Positions 43,966 to 54,556 are shown, counted from the first letter of the stretch. The stretch: DNA of 64,000 nt from Sedimentisphaerales bacterium (GCA_963663965.2 CAXXFK010000006.1:32001-96000); one strand, 5' to 3'. Notes: a model not told the origin generated them from the letters alone. Made by a program: numbers and translations.

Positions 43966-45006
43966 ATGAACATTACCAATCGAATTCTCATCGTTCTGAT
44001 AATAGCGACATCAAGTCTGTTGCCTTCCTGCGCGAAGCGCCCATCCATCGAACTTACCTGGCAGAATCCCGTCTGGGATGGCTATCTGGCCGATCCCCAT
44101 GTCTGGCAGACTGGCGGAGTCTATTATGCCTGTGGTACCGGCAAGGCGCCCGATGGCAACCAGTTTCCTATTCTCCGTTCAAAAGATCTGGCCCACTGGG
44201 AGTTCGTTGCCGGTGCCTTGCCGCCGCTGACCGATCCCAAACTTACCGAATACTGGGCGCCCGAGGTCGCTGAACGCGATGGCAAATTCTACCTCTACTA
44301 CGCCGGCGATCTTAAAATGCGCGTGGCAGTCGCTGACCATCCTGCCGGACCCTATCAGGATGCCGGTGTTCTGCTCTTTCCCGAGCTCGAGTTCTCTATC
44401 GATGCCCATCCCTTCCACGACCCCGTCACCGGTCAGTGGTATCTGTTTTTTGCCCGCGATTTCTTCGATCAGAAGCCCGGCACCGCGCTGTCCGTTGTCA
44501 GGCTCAATGATGACATGATCTCCACCTCCGGCCCCATGCACACCGTCATTCGCGCCTTCGCCGACTGGCAGATCTACGAACGTAACCGTACCCTCTACAA
44601 TAAACTCTGGCCCGCCTGGTACACCGTCGAAGGCCCGACACTCATCTATCGCAATGGCAAATACTACTGCTTCTATTCCGGTGGCAACTGGCAGACCCCC
44701 GGCTACGGTGTGGGCTGTGGGGTTTCCGATACCATCACCGGCCCCTATACCGATCCCTGGAGCAAAGAGGCTGCCTGTGTCCTGAGCAGCATTCCCGGCA
44801 AACTCATCGGTCCCGGCCACAATGGCACGATTCTCGGCCCGGACGGGCAGACTTATTTCATCGTCTATCACTCCTGGAACCCGCAGCGCACTGCCCGCCA
44901 GATGTGCCTTGATCCTATCATCTGGACCGAAGATGGCCCGCGCGCCTGGCAGCCCTCCCGTGGTGAAAAGACCGTAACGATTCCACTTACTGGCAATATG
45001 AAATAG
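43966..45006 (+). CDS. GH43 glycoside hydrolase (lipoprotein)
   Basis: ADPHV, WAPEV, IDAHPF, VEGP, GPGHN five-bladed propeller motifs. Confidence 0.88.
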   Translation: MNITNRILIVLIIATSSLLPSCAKRPSIELTWQNPVWDGYLADPHVWQTGGVYYACGTGKAPDGNQFPILRSKDLAHWEFVAGALPPLTDPKLTEYWAPEVAERDGKFYLYYAGDLKMRVAVADHPAGPYQDAGVLLFPELEFSIDAHPFHDPVTGQWYLFFARDFFDQKPGTALSVVRLNDDMISTSGPMHTVIRAFADWQIYERNRTLYNKLWPAWYTVEGPTLIYRNGKYYCFYSGGNWQTPGYGVGCGVSDTITGPYTDPWSKEAACVLSSIPGKLIGPGHNGTILGPDGQTYFIVYHSWNPQRTARQMCLDPIIWTEDGPRAWQPSRGEKTVTIPLTGNMK

Positions 45007-45008
45007 CT

Positions 45009-46145
45009 ATGTTAAGTATCTCCTTTCAGGTATTTCCCCGCACCATACTGCTTCTGTGCGTTGTATTGGCAAATACACCCAATCTCTTTGCCGCCGACGT
45101 ATCGCGGAACATTCAGCCGACTTCCGCCGCTCAGTCAACATCCAAAATCTTTACTTATCACAATCCACTTCCTTTCGAGTATGAAGCGGGCGGCCAGACC
45201 CGCCGAGAAATCCGTGATCCCTGTATCATTCGCGAAGGGGATACCTGGTACCTGATCTTTACAGTCTGGCCATTTGCCAATCGGGAAGAAAACCGCCTGC
45301 ATCTTCCCGATCAGGGTGGTTCTCCCGGTATCAAACTCTACGCGTCCAGGGATCTCACCCATTGGACCTTTGTTAACTGGCTGGTCAAAGCGGATGAACT
45401 GCCCGACGATTGCCCCTATAAAAACCGTTTCTGGGCGCCCGAAATTCACAAAATCGGCGGTCGCTTTTATCTGATTTTCACTGCCGACAACTGGCTGAAA
45501 AAACCATATAATCCCGCCGGTTCATGGGGTACGGCCGGCTATGCCTTTGTGAGTGTTGCCAACCAGATCACCGGCCCATACCAACACATCACCTACATAG
45601 AAGGGGGGGGCTGCGATACTTCTTTGTTCGCCGATACCGATGGCCGGACCTATGCCGTCATTCCCGCTTATGACATTTTCCTCCAACCCATAGATCTTAG
45701 TAAAATTGATCAGGGCCAGGTCCGGTTAACTGGCACCCGTCAGAAAATCGTATCCTGTAAAAACGATGATATTCATTTTAATGCCGAAGCGGATTATCTC
45801 GAAGGCCCCTGGCTGTTTCGGCGTGACGGTCGTTATTATCTGATCTATGCCGGTCCCTATCGAGATTCGAAAAATACCACCGAACACCTGGGCTACTGGG
45901 CCAGCGTTGCTTATGCCGATTCACTAGATGGCCCCTGGCACAAAGATCCGCGTGGCCAGGTCTTCTTCGGTGGTCACATGGCTGTCTTCACCGGCCCGGA
46001 TCACCGGCCCTGGTTCTCATACCGCTGGGAAAAAGATAACGCGCACCGCGGCCTGCTCTGTATCGATCCAGTTACCATTGATCCCGCCGGCTTCCTCCAA
46101 CCCCACGGGCCATCCGATACGATAACGAAAATTCTGATCCCCTGA
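45009..46145 (+). CDS. GH43 glycoside hydrolase
   Basis: RDPCI, FWAPEIH, CDTSLF, LEGPW. Confidence 0.85.
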   Translation: MLSISFQVFPRTILLLCVVLANTPNLFAADVSRNIQPTSAAQSTSKIFTYHNPLPFEYEAGGQTRREIRDPCIIREGDTWYLIFTVWPFANREENRLHLPDQGGSPGIKLYASRDLTHWTFVNWLVKADELPDDCPYKNRFWAPEIHKIGGRFYLIFTADNWLKKPYNPAGSWGTAGYAFVSVANQITGPYQHITYIEGGGCDTSLFADTDGRTYAVIPAYDIFLQPIDLSKIDQGQVRLTGTRQKIVSCKNDDIHFNAEADYLEGPWLFRRDGRYYLIYAGPYRDSKNTTEHLGYWASVAYADSLDGPWHKDPRGQVFFGGHMAVFTGPDHRPWFSYRWEKDNAHRGLLCIDPVTIDPAGFLQPHGPSDTITKILIP

Positions 46146-46196
46146 AAAATTTATTTGAAGCCATTCATGCTTCTGATAGCGGTTATATTCATATAA

Positions 46197-46967
46197 ATGT
46201 CAAAGTCTACACCAGATATCATCCTGCTCCACGGCGGCCCCGGCGTCTGGGGTTATCTCGGCCCCATCGCCGAATCCCTGTCCGGTTACGGTTGCATCCA
46301 CCAGCCCGTTCAGCGCACGGATGATAGTAACCAACCCATCACCGTGGCCGCTCATATTGCCGATCTGGCCGATTTTATCCAGCAGCATTGTTCTCAGTCT
46401 CCCATCCTCGTCGGCCATTCCTGGGGCGCCATGCTGGCCCTGGCCTTTGCTGCCGCCCATCCCCGGTCTGCCCGTGCCCTGGCCCTGGTTGCCTGCGGCA
46501 GTTTCGATAAACGCGCCCGGTCCCGCATGCACCTGATGATTGCCAACCGCACAACCCCGGCCATCCAGGCCGAAATCGAGCGGATCCAGGCCGAACAGCC
46601 CGACCCCGATCTCCGCTTGTCCCATTTCGGCCGTGCCATCCTGCCCATCTATGCATATGAACATGATCGTGACCCCGGTTCCATCCAGTGCAGCGCCCGC
46701 GCCTTCGACCAGGCCTGGAATGATATGCTCAACCAGCAGGACCGAGGCGTCTATCCCGCCGCCTTCAGTGTTATTCCATGCCCGGTCCTCATGATCCACG
46801 GCGACCACGACCCGCATCCCGGCTCTATGATCCGAGACAGCCTCCTGTCCCATATCCCTCAGCTCCAGTACCACCAGCTGACCCGCTGCGGCCACTACCC
46901 CTGGCTCGAACGCCACGCCCGCGAACCCTTCTTCCAATGCCTCAAATCCTGGCTTGACCAGTTCTAG
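46197..46967 (+). CDS. Alpha/beta hydrolase (proline iminopeptidase-like)
   Basis: LHGGPG, GHSWG, GDHD, CGHYPW. Confidence 0.88.
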   Translation: MSKSTPDIILLHGGPGVWGYLGPIAESLSGYGCIHQPVQRTDDSNQPITVAAHIADLADFIQQHCSQSPILVGHSWGAMLALAFAAAHPRSARALALVACGSFDKRARSRMHLMIANRTTPAIQAEIERIQAEQPDPDLRLSHFGRAILPIYAYEHDRDPGSIQCSARAFDQAWNDMLNQQDRGVYPAAFSVIPCPVLMIHGDHDPHPGSMIRDSLLSHIPQLQYHQLTRCGHYPWLERHAREPFFQCLKSWLDQF

Positions 46968-46991
46968 CAGATCATCTTTCGTTTGTTATTG

Positions 46992-48737
46992 TTATGTAGC
47001 AGCCTCTTCTTCGGGCGTATTATTCTGATCAGTTTTCGGCCGTTTAATCAAACTCAGCACTGCGCCCGCGATCAGCAGTAAAAAGCCCAGTATCACATAT
47101 CGCCACTGTGCCATATGTCGCGACAGCATATACAACCGTACTCCCGGCGCGATCATCAGAGTTCCCGCTACGAGCCAGTCTCGATGCCTTATCCAAATCG
47201 CCCATGCAAGCGCCGCCGTTAGTAACACCACAATCAGATAGCTGAAATGCACCTGGTTTGGCAGTAGATCGTACAGGCAAAGCGTTAAACACCACGCCGC
47301 CACGATCCGGAATCCCCGGTGTATTTTCGCGCCAAAGATCAATCCCAGAATCAAAGTCGCCAGCCCGAAAAATCCCGCCAGGCCGCTGACCGGTGCCAGA
47401 TTCAAAGCTGATAAGAGCTTGCCGGAACCTCCCAGGAAACCAAAATCGACACACAACACCCCGATACTAGCCAGACAGAAATAAGGCTGCCATTTAATCA
47501 GCCCCCAACTCATCAATGCCGCCGCCAGGGTCCAGGCCGCCGGATGATAATGTAATGCGTAGGGCGCTTCCGGCCGGAATCCCATTGTCAAAATCACTCC
47601 CAGCCCATAGGCACATGCCACATAGCTCAGATACTTTAACCGGTGACGCCAAGCGATCCAGAGGACTGCCAATCCAGACAGGGCGATAAATACCGGCGGA
47701 TACGCAATCAGATCAACCATGACCTTCCCGGATACTACCACCGATTTCTGATCGATTGCGACTAAAATTGCGGCCAACGGCAGTCCAGCCAGTATGAATT
47801 CGATCATGCCGGCCCGTTTTCCACTTAACCGAAAAACCTCAATCAGTAACAGGCACCCTAGCGTGATAGCGGGGCAATAATCGCCCATCGTCCGTTCCAG
47901 CGTAAAAGTAAAAGACATTGAATACTGGTGAACACACGCCGCCGCCAGCAGTATCAATCCAAAGAGAACCGCCATCGCCGGCGATTGCAGGTACGCCGGC
48001 CGACTTTCGTCCGATTGGGCTCTCGGCGTTGACTGTAACGCGCTCAGCAGCATCAATCCGCCGCCGGCCAGCAATCCATACCACAGCGCCATCCAGATCC
48101 CGCGTCGTTGCATCTCTTTGGCGGCGTTACTTGCCAGCGAATCCGTTAACCAGACCGGCCCCAGGTAATTAATTACCACAATTAAACCCAATCCAGTGAG
48201 CATCGCCGCGTTAAACGGTACCCGTACCCATCGTTTCAGAACCCCCAGCTTAATCAAGCCAAGTGCCACGCCGGCAATTCCGGCCGTCAGCGCGTTCGCC
48301 ATATTCTTCTCCGCGATCGATCCCACCGCGATACTCGTCCCGATCAGATACAACGCGATCAGGACCATCAGCGAAATCGCGTCATCCACTACCTTTTTTC
48401 CCACAATCAAAATCAATACCGCCAGCAGCGCGATCTCATAACCATGCAGTGTTAACAGGCACGGCAGCGCCTCCCGCAGTGTCTGACCGGACGACAGAAT
48501 TGGCCCCAGCATGTTAACGATCCCGTACGTAATAAACACCGCGCTCAGGCAGTAAAACAGGCTACCCCCGGTCAGGTTAAAAAAAGCCTTCCAGGTCAGG
48601 TCCTGATACGGTTTATTTCCTGTGGCTGCCGGGAATATTTCTTCCACTGGTATATTACCTTGGAGGCCATCAATCAATGCTTTCTCAAAGCTGGTATCTT
48701 CCGGCAATTTCTGTTCAGGGGTATCAGGGGTATCCAT
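46992..48737 (-). CDS. Polytopic membrane protein of unknown function
   Basis: 581-aa ORF with many hydrophobic segments, 5 nt downstream of the prepilin-like gene. Confidence 0.7.
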   Translation of the reverse strand: MDTPDTPEQKLPEDTSFEKALIDGLQGNIPVEEIFPAATGNKPYQDLTWKAFFNLTGGSLFYCLSAVFITYGIVNMLGPILSSGQTLREALPCLLTLHGYEIALLAVLILIVGKKVVDDAISLMVLIALYLIGTSIAVGSIAEKNMANALTAGIAGVALGLIKLGVLKRWVRVPFNAAMLTGLGLIVVINYLGPVWLTDSLASNAAKEMQRRGIWMALWYGLLAGGGLMLLSALQSTPRAQSDESRPAYLQSPAMAVLFGLILLAAACVHQYSMSFTFTLERTMGDYCPAITLGCLLLIEVFRLSGKRAGMIEFILAGLPLAAILVAIDQKSVVVSGKVMVDLIAYPPVFIALSGLAVLWIAWRHRLKYLSYVACAYGLGVILTMGFRPEAPYALHYHPAAWTLAAALMSWGLIKWQPYFCLASIGVLCVDFGFLGGSGKLLSALNLAPVSGLAGFFGLATLILGLIFGAKIHRGFRIVAAWCLTLCLYDLLPNQVHFSYLIVVLLTAALAWAIWIRHRDWLVAGTLMIAPGVRLYMLSRHMAQWRYVILGFLLLIAGAVLSLIKRPKTDQNNTPEEEAAT

Positions 48738-48742
48738 GTGTT

Positions 48743-49651
48743 TTACCTCGTTCGATATTGATTTTCATCTATTCCCGGCGGTTCCGTTTCCTTATCCGCC
48801 CACGCCCATTTCAGGTTACCCAGCGGATTATCGCTCCTGCTGTTACCGCGTATCTGATCTTCATATTCGATCCTCTCCACATGCCCATCCAGCATGACCA
48901 CGTTCCCCCAGCCATAATCCAGCTTTTTCGCGTTATTGACTCCATGATAGGTCGCGATACAATCCTGCGGTGTCTCATCGGCGCTGATCTGCAATACCGT
49001 ATCATCCAATCCTGCGCTGCTCAGGGACACCGATCCCTTACTGATAAACGAAGATGACCTCGCCCGGCCCCATATTGGCCATGAGTTTTCCTCACCAAAG
49101 AAAAATACTTCATCCGTCTTTTGTACCTGCGACAGCCGCCTCACACCGCCGGCCTGATCGCTGCCCAGGTACCCGTTCATCGTATAACTGTTTTGCGGCT
49201 TGAGATCGATCGATTTCACATGCTCGGGATTGGAACACCCCCGGCTGGGCGCGTAACGACGGAAGGTCGGGCACGGCCCGTAATAACCCCCGTCAAAATA
49301 GCTCCACAGCGTACCCCGAAAACCCTCGGTCTGCGCCATGACCTCACCATTGGGCGCCATCACTATATCATGCCAGCGGCAACCCATCGGATGCTCCTTG
49401 CTGACCGAAGACTCATGGTACAGCCAGCCCCGTGCCTCCGGAAACATCTGATTTTGATCATCCAGATAGACTGAACCCGCCTGCCCGTACCTGTGCAGAT
49501 AACTCATACACACGACTGCAGTTGACTGGCTTCTCGCTTTATTCAATGACGGCATGAGAAATGCCACCAGCAGCATAATCACCACGATGATGCAGAGCAG
49601 TTCAATGATCGTAAATCCGTTGCCGGCCTGTTTAAAACACCGTTTGTTCAT
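48743..49651 (-). CDS. Prepilin-type N-terminal cleavage / H-X9-DG-like protein
   Basis: GFTIIELLCIIVVIMLLVAFLMPSLNKAR, CP, SYTMN, GNVVMLDGH. Confidence 0.85.
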   Translation of the reverse strand: MNKRCFKQAGNGFTIIELLCIIVVIMLLVAFLMPSLNKARSQSTAVVCMSYLHRYGQAGSVYLDDQNQMFPEARGWLYHESSVSKEHPMGCRWHDIVMAPNGEVMAQTEGFRGTLWSYFDGGYYGPCPTFRRYAPSRGCSNPEHVKSIDLKPQNSYTMNGYLGSDQAGGVRRLSQVQKTDEVFFFGEENSWPIWGRARSSSFISKGSVSLSSAGLDDTVLQISADETPQDCIATYHGVNNAKKLDYGWGNVVMLDGHVERIEYEDQIRGNSRSDNPLGNLKWAWADKETEPPGIDENQYRTR

Positions 49652-49913
49652 GACCGGGCAGGTCCCTTATAATGTGCGTTAATGAATACTCTATTCTAAA
49701 ATATGCAAATGAAACTACTTGTCATAAGTATACTCTGTTTTTTTATGAAATGCAAATGCATTCAACAATCTACGGTAATGATACAGCTTGTAACGGGAAT
49801 CATGTTTGCCCTGAAGTGACAAATTATGGTGAAGAGTATAAGTGAAAACATTTTGCCTGTTCAATTGAGGCTGGTAGCGTGAAGTAGATATCCCGCAGAC
49901 AGATGAAGTGCTT

Positions 49914-50756
49914 CTACCAATGAATTGTTCGGGATACGATTCGATTGATAGGCAGCTCAGAGAAGTTGGAGGGTAATATTTCCCATTCATAATAAATGGC
50001 GTTGTCCCTTCTGAATACCTTAACAGGAATGTTGGGATTATGCCATGTTATCTTCTCATGACTGCAATTCGAAAGAGAACAATCGGACGATTGATTGAAG
50101 TCCTCTGGATATCCCGGGCATCGGCGGGTGACGGCAATTGGAACTTCGGGAACATGCAAGGTAAAGGACCAGTCAACCATATGATTGATGGATATTCCCT
50201 GTCCCGTATTGCTTAACTCGCAACGGGATATCTTTCGTTCAGCGAGATGTTGCACAAGCTCGGATTTGTCGATACTGAGGGATTGATAATGTTGCCGAAG
50301 TTCATCGGTGGGGGGGCGATACTTTAACAGACAGGTCTCGCCATCAAAATTTGTTAAAATTCGTTGAGTCGCATGCTGATACATGCTGTTGTCGAACCGC
50401 ATGATGCGCGGATCAGTTTGCTGGCCGGCCAGCCATCGACCGAGGACAACCTCGCAAACATCCAGGCGGCTCAATACATCCAGAAGTCCCCAATCGTTAC
50501 AGACGACTTCAAATTTTTGTTGTATCTCCCCAAGCGTTTTCACTAATCCACTGACCCTATCCAATCCTGAATTGGTTAACGGTGGCGTGACCAGAGTAAT
50601 CTCAATGCCATTTTTTACCAGGTATTTCCCGAGTTCAAGCGCCACCTCACAGGATGGCAGGAGGCGTTCACAGGTTTCGTGGCCGAAATAGACCCGGTGA
50701 GAATTAAAATCGCAATTCTCGGCCTGCCACCAATCTATCCAGATTGCTTTTTCCAT
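49914..50756 (-). CDS. U32-family (UbiV-like) partner protein
   Basis: RVYFGHETCERLLP, LVTPP, VVCNDWGLL, LGR, TRRC and C-terminal Cys; adjacent to a U32 gene. Start could extend to TTG 50798. Confidence 0.6.
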   Translation of the reverse strand: MEKAIWIDWWQAENCDFNSHRVYFGHETCERLLPSCEVALELGKYLVKNGIEITLVTPPLTNSGLDRVSGLVKTLGEIQQKFEVVCNDWGLLDVLSRLDVCEVVLGRWLAGQQTDPRIMRFDNSMYQHATQRILTNFDGETCLLKYRPPTDELRQHYQSLSIDKSELVQHLAERKISRCELSNTGQGISINHMVDWSFTLHVPEVPIAVTRRCPGYPEDFNQSSDCSLSNCSHEKITWHNPNIPVKVFRRDNAIYYEWEILPSNFSELPINRIVSRTIHW

Positions 50757-50782
50757 GTCCAACTCAAAATAATCTTTTCGCC

Positions 50783-51781
50783 TTATTGGTAATAACAATT
50801 CGACTGCTCACAAGCCGCTCCGAAAGTGTCCAAATATAACCTCTTTAATTTTTCCGACACAGTATCATCAGTCTTTATCGTGTTCCATAAACGAATGGAT
50901 TCTTTCAGGAAATTTGCCGACCTGCATATTATTTCCGAGTCATAACCCCGGCCGGCGATTTTGAAAAGACTGACACCGGCGTTCCATAATTCCCTTAATC
51001 GACAAGCGCCACAATGCGGTTTATAAAAATCGTCTCGGGTTAGATTAGAGACCCTGCCGTTCGCTGTCTCCCATTCCAGCTGGCAGCCATGACCTTCATA
51101 ACCGGGATCCGGCGAGTATACGGTTTTAATCGGGCCTTCTGTAATGACTTTATCGATGAATACGGGGGCGTCAACCGGTAACCGTACGCCATGGTAGAAA
51201 TTGCATAATCCATCGATGAACTGGCACTTCTGATTCATGACCAGCATTTCATATTCGATATCAGGCCCTCGATTAATGATACTTTCAATTTCCTTTAAAC
51301 TCAGGTGCCTTGGCAACACGACTCTGCTGACACCAAAATTGGCAAAATAGTTTATGGCGGCGCTGTTAAAGGGGGCGGCCACAATAGACAAATGATAATG
51401 AATCTTCCGGCAGTAATTTTGTAATGTGATTAACAACCCGGCATCAGCAATAATCATTGCCCCGCCTCCCGCGTCTTCCCACTGCTGAGCCAATTCAATA
51501 ATAGCGTTGACCTGCTGAGAGGAGTAATGACTGTTCAGAGTCAGGATGGTGTTAATTCCTCTGGTTTTGCCGATCTGGGCAATGCGGCTAAGGTCTTCTG
51601 AATTTCGAATGTGCGAAGATCTTCCCTGACGCCGACTGATAGTATCCGAATCTCCGTATTTGTCGCACCAGGCATCAGGCATGACGCCAAAATAGACTTC
51701 ATTCGCGCCGGCGTCAATGACCCGCAGGGCTTCCGTTTCCGAACAGATAGGGGCGACTATTCTGGGATTTATCGAAGCGAT
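50783..51781 (-). CDS. U32-family ('peptidase' U32, UbiU/RlhA/TrhP-like) Fe-S protein
   Basis: IVAP..AGANEVYFG (in frame upstream of the ORF-track start), IIADAGL, HLS, RVVLPRHLSL, CQFIDGLC..GC..CGAC, FKIAGR. Confidence 0.8.
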   Translation of the reverse strand: MASINPRIVAPICSETEALRVIDAGANEVYFGVMPDAWCDKYGDSDTISRRQGRSSHIRNSEDLSRIAQIGKTRGINTILTLNSHYSSQQVNAIIELAQQWEDAGGGAMIIADAGLLITLQNYCRKIHYHLSIVAAPFNSAAINYFANFGVSRVVLPRHLSLKEIESIINRGPDIEYEMLVMNQKCQFIDGLCNFYHGVRLPVDAPVFIDKVITEGPIKTVYSPDPGYEGHGCQLEWETANGRVSNLTRDDFYKPHCGACRLRELWNAGVSLFKIAGRGYDSEIICRSANFLKESIRLWNTIKTDDTVSEKLKRLYLDTFGAACEQSNCYYQ

Positions 51782-53376
51782 GTCAGTTCTCCAGATTCCA
51801 TCTTGATCGCCGCAACCAGCTCTTCCAGCGAGTGAAAAAAACCTCCCGAGACCAGCATTCGGGCCCCCTGGATGGCTTTGTGGTAGTTGTCGTTGCGAAT
51901 GGGGTTGATTGCGGCATGACTGGCGTTGCCCGATTCGTGCATCGAAAGAACTTCAAAAAAACTTCTGGCTACTTCATGGTCAAGATAACTTAATATGTCT
52001 TTAAGTTTCAGAAGGGAAGGGGCAAATCGATCGTCAAAACGGCGCTTGGCGAGCAAAGGCGGTAAAGCACAAACCGCCTGCATGGAGGGGGCGGCCAGGG
52101 GATTAATGGCATCCAGCAAATCACGGTGGAAGGAATCAATTTCTGAGTGAATATAAGGGATAGGCTGAGGTCCCGGATTCGAGGAATGATACTGACCTGA
52201 ATTGACTCCATCGATATAATACTGCGATCCAGGCATGGCGTCCATGCGGTTTCTGGCGGAACGATATTCCAGAAGATGAAATTCTTTGAGTTTCAGGGCA
52301 AAGCGCTTGATTCCTTCCAAAGTGGCGTGAGAATGAAACATCATGACCCCGACATGAATTTCAGCCCCTTTTTTCCTGATCTCATTAACCAATGGCCATG
52401 GATTCTGGGTATAGGGCCGGTGCCATCTGCGGAGATCCGCCGGATCGTCAGATTCCAATCCCATAAAGACATAGGTGAGACCCGCCCGGGCTAACAGGTG
52501 AATAATCTCCTCATTCAAAGAATCCGGACGGACCTGAATCCCAAAGGAGATCTGTAACTGTCTTTGACATATCTCATCGGAGAATTCCCTGGCCCGAATG
52601 GTTGAATGATGATTGTTACCCAGAAAATCTTCATCAATAAAATTAAAAGACCGTGCTCCCATGTTCCGATTCAGGTTTTCGATTTCGTCCACAATATTTT
52701 TAATGGATCGTCCACGCCAGCGATTGGATGAATTCAGGGACATACCCGGGGAAGAGCAAAACATACAGGCCCCGCAACAACCCCGTGAACCCTGAAGATT
52801 GAAAGCCCAGCCGCTCCCCAGTATCTGTTCTGCGTAGGGCCGCTTGGGAAAAGGCAGCGTATCAAGATCATGGACTGCATGACCGCGGTATATTCTGGAT
52901 GGGTCAGGCTTGACTCCCGGATTTTTTGGTCCGGTCCAGTCATTCAAAAGTGATTGAACCAACGTTTCACCCTCAAATTGTGCCAGTAAGAAATCGGACG
53001 GCAGCATCTTGTCGGCGGCATCCAGTTCCGTCGAAATAAAATTTCCACCGGCCAGCCAGAGCACGCTTTTATCGCCCGAAAGCTTTTTTATTTCAGCGTA
53101 AATCGTCAGGACCGACTGGATTTCCTGGGCGGTTGTAATGGAAAAACCGATGACATCGGGTTCAAACGAGGCGGCTCGACGGGCTAAACGCGCATCAGTT
53201 AATCGATCCAGCGAACTGTCGAGTATGAGTACAAGACCGCCGGACGATTCTATCAGGGAGGCCAGGTACTCTATTCCAAGCGGTTCTTGAATTTCCGGAT
53301 CATAATAGGGAGAACAATTTTGCGGGCGTATCAGAACCCATCTCATTTTAGGAATTGGATCGCACATACATCTCAT
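51769..53376 (-). CDS. Cobalamin-binding radical SAM enzyme
   Basis: EPLGIEYLAS, PDVIGFS, GG, EGE, DLDTLPFP, SRGCCGACMFC (CxxxCxxC), FIDEDF, GLES; start may be ATG 53346. Confidence 0.88.
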   Translation of the reverse strand: MRCMCDPIPKMRWVLIRPQNCSPYYDPEIQEPLGIEYLASLIESSGGLVLILDSSLDRLTDARLARRAASFEPDVIGFSITTAQEIQSVLTIYAEIKKLSGDKSVLWLAGGNFISTELDAADKMLPSDFLLAQFEGETLVQSLLNDWTGPKNPGVKPDPSRIYRGHAVHDLDTLPFPKRPYAEQILGSGWAFNLQGSRGCCGACMFCSSPGMSLNSSNRWRGRSIKNIVDEIENLNRNMGARSFNFIDEDFLGNNHHSTIRAREFSDEICQRQLQISFGIQVRPDSLNEEIIHLLARAGLTYVFMGLESDDPADLRRWHRPYTQNPWPLVNEIRKKGAEIHVGVMMFHSHATLEGIKRFALKLKEFHLLEYRSARNRMDAMPGSQYYIDGVNSGQYHSSNPGPQPIPYIHSEIDSFHRDLLDAINPLAAPSMQAVCALPPLLAKRRFDDRFAPSLLKLKDILSYLDHEVARSFFEVLSMHESGNASHAAINPIRNDNYHKAIQGARMLVSGGFFHSLEELVAAIKMESGELTSLR

Positions 53377-53406
53377 CTAAACAATCATTGGAACATCTAA
53401 TGTTAT

Positions 53407-54525
53407 TCAGCGTTTAGCGTTCGCGCTGTAGAAGATGCTTATGAATAACGTTGTTGAGGCGAATATAATCCATCCTGAACCGGCAGGAATGCCCCAGCTG
53501 ATCAAATATAATATCGAATAGCACAGGCCACAGGCGATAAAAGTCCAGACCTTGGATCTTCTAATAAATAATATACAGAGAAACAGGCTGATAATCCCAA
53601 ATATAATGATAAATACCACACGATTCCCTGTGGTGTCTCTACCTCCCCAGTGCCCGATGAGGCCGGTTTGTAAAATATCCGGAAGAACAGTGGACGCTTG
53701 CATCAGTTGTTTGTATTTAATGGGAACATCCTTGTCAACCCATGGGATCAACAGGTTCCGGGCCTCGCGGAAATCACCCGCTCCATGTTTGTACCAGGCC
53801 AGGTTAAAAGCGGCCGATGGCATGGTGAGGCATTTTTCATAAGCTTCCCGGGCGATAAGTTCTGCCTGGCCGCTCTGGTGAAGTCTTTCGTAAACCACCG
53901 TTAAATTGATTAAGGATGGGATATAACCTGGGTTTTGTTTTCTCAGGCATTCAAGGTTTAGCTGGGCCGTAAGATCTTCGTTTCGATGCAATTCGGACAA
54001 GGCCAGATTGTTCCTTGCGTCAAAGTGATAGGGCTTCGCCTGTAACGCGAGAGTATACTTTTCAATGGCCCCGTCAAAATCGCCATTGCGGTATAATGTA
54101 TTGCCCTCTTCATAAAACGTGGCGCCCTCATTACTTTCCACGCCGGGGTCTTGATACTCCTCAACCATTGAAATCCATTCCTTTACGGCATCCTGGACTT
54201 GTTCGCATTTTCGATATGGATTTAACTTGTACAGTTCCTTTCGGACGCCAATGGACTCGAAGGTAAATCCTTTGACGACCATTTGATTGATCGTCGTGAT
54301 CGAATCGCCCGCAATGTCATCGTATTCTTTGAGCGGGCCTGTCAGATACATTTTGTCGGCGCTGACAAAATCGTGGGGATCCGCTCCAAACTGATAGTTT
54401 CCAAATTGAGATTCCTCTGTGTTGTCGGCGTAACAGGATGATCCGCCGCCAATGAGAATAACGCCCCCGGACAGAATCAAGAGCAGAGATAACGCAATTT
54501 GCTTCGCAGCTTTAAAATAATTCAT
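53407..54525 (-). CDS. Exported TPR-repeat protein with three C-terminal TM helices
   Basis: N-terminal hydrophobic signal, YEEGNTLYRNGDFDGAIEKY, NNLAL, NLTVVY, FNLAW TPR motifs. Confidence 0.75.
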   Translation of the reverse strand: MNYFKAAKQIALSLLLILSGGVILIGGGSSCYADNTEESQFGNYQFGADPHDFVSADKMYLTGPLKEYDDIAGDSITTINQMVVKGFTFESIGVRKELYKLNPYRKCEQVQDAVKEWISMVEEYQDPGVESNEGATFYEEGNTLYRNGDFDGAIEKYTLALQAKPYHFDARNNLALSELHRNEDLTAQLNLECLRKQNPGYIPSLINLTVVYERLHQSGQAELIAREAYEKCLTMPSAAFNLAWYKHGAGDFREARNLLIPWVDKDVPIKYKQLMQASTVLPDILQTGLIGHWGGRDTTGNRVVFIIIFGIISLFLCILFIRRSKVWTFIACGLCYSILYLISWGIPAGSGWIIFASTTLFISIFYSANAKR

Positions 54526-54556
54526 GACAATCCCTTTTTGCAAATACTTGATACTG

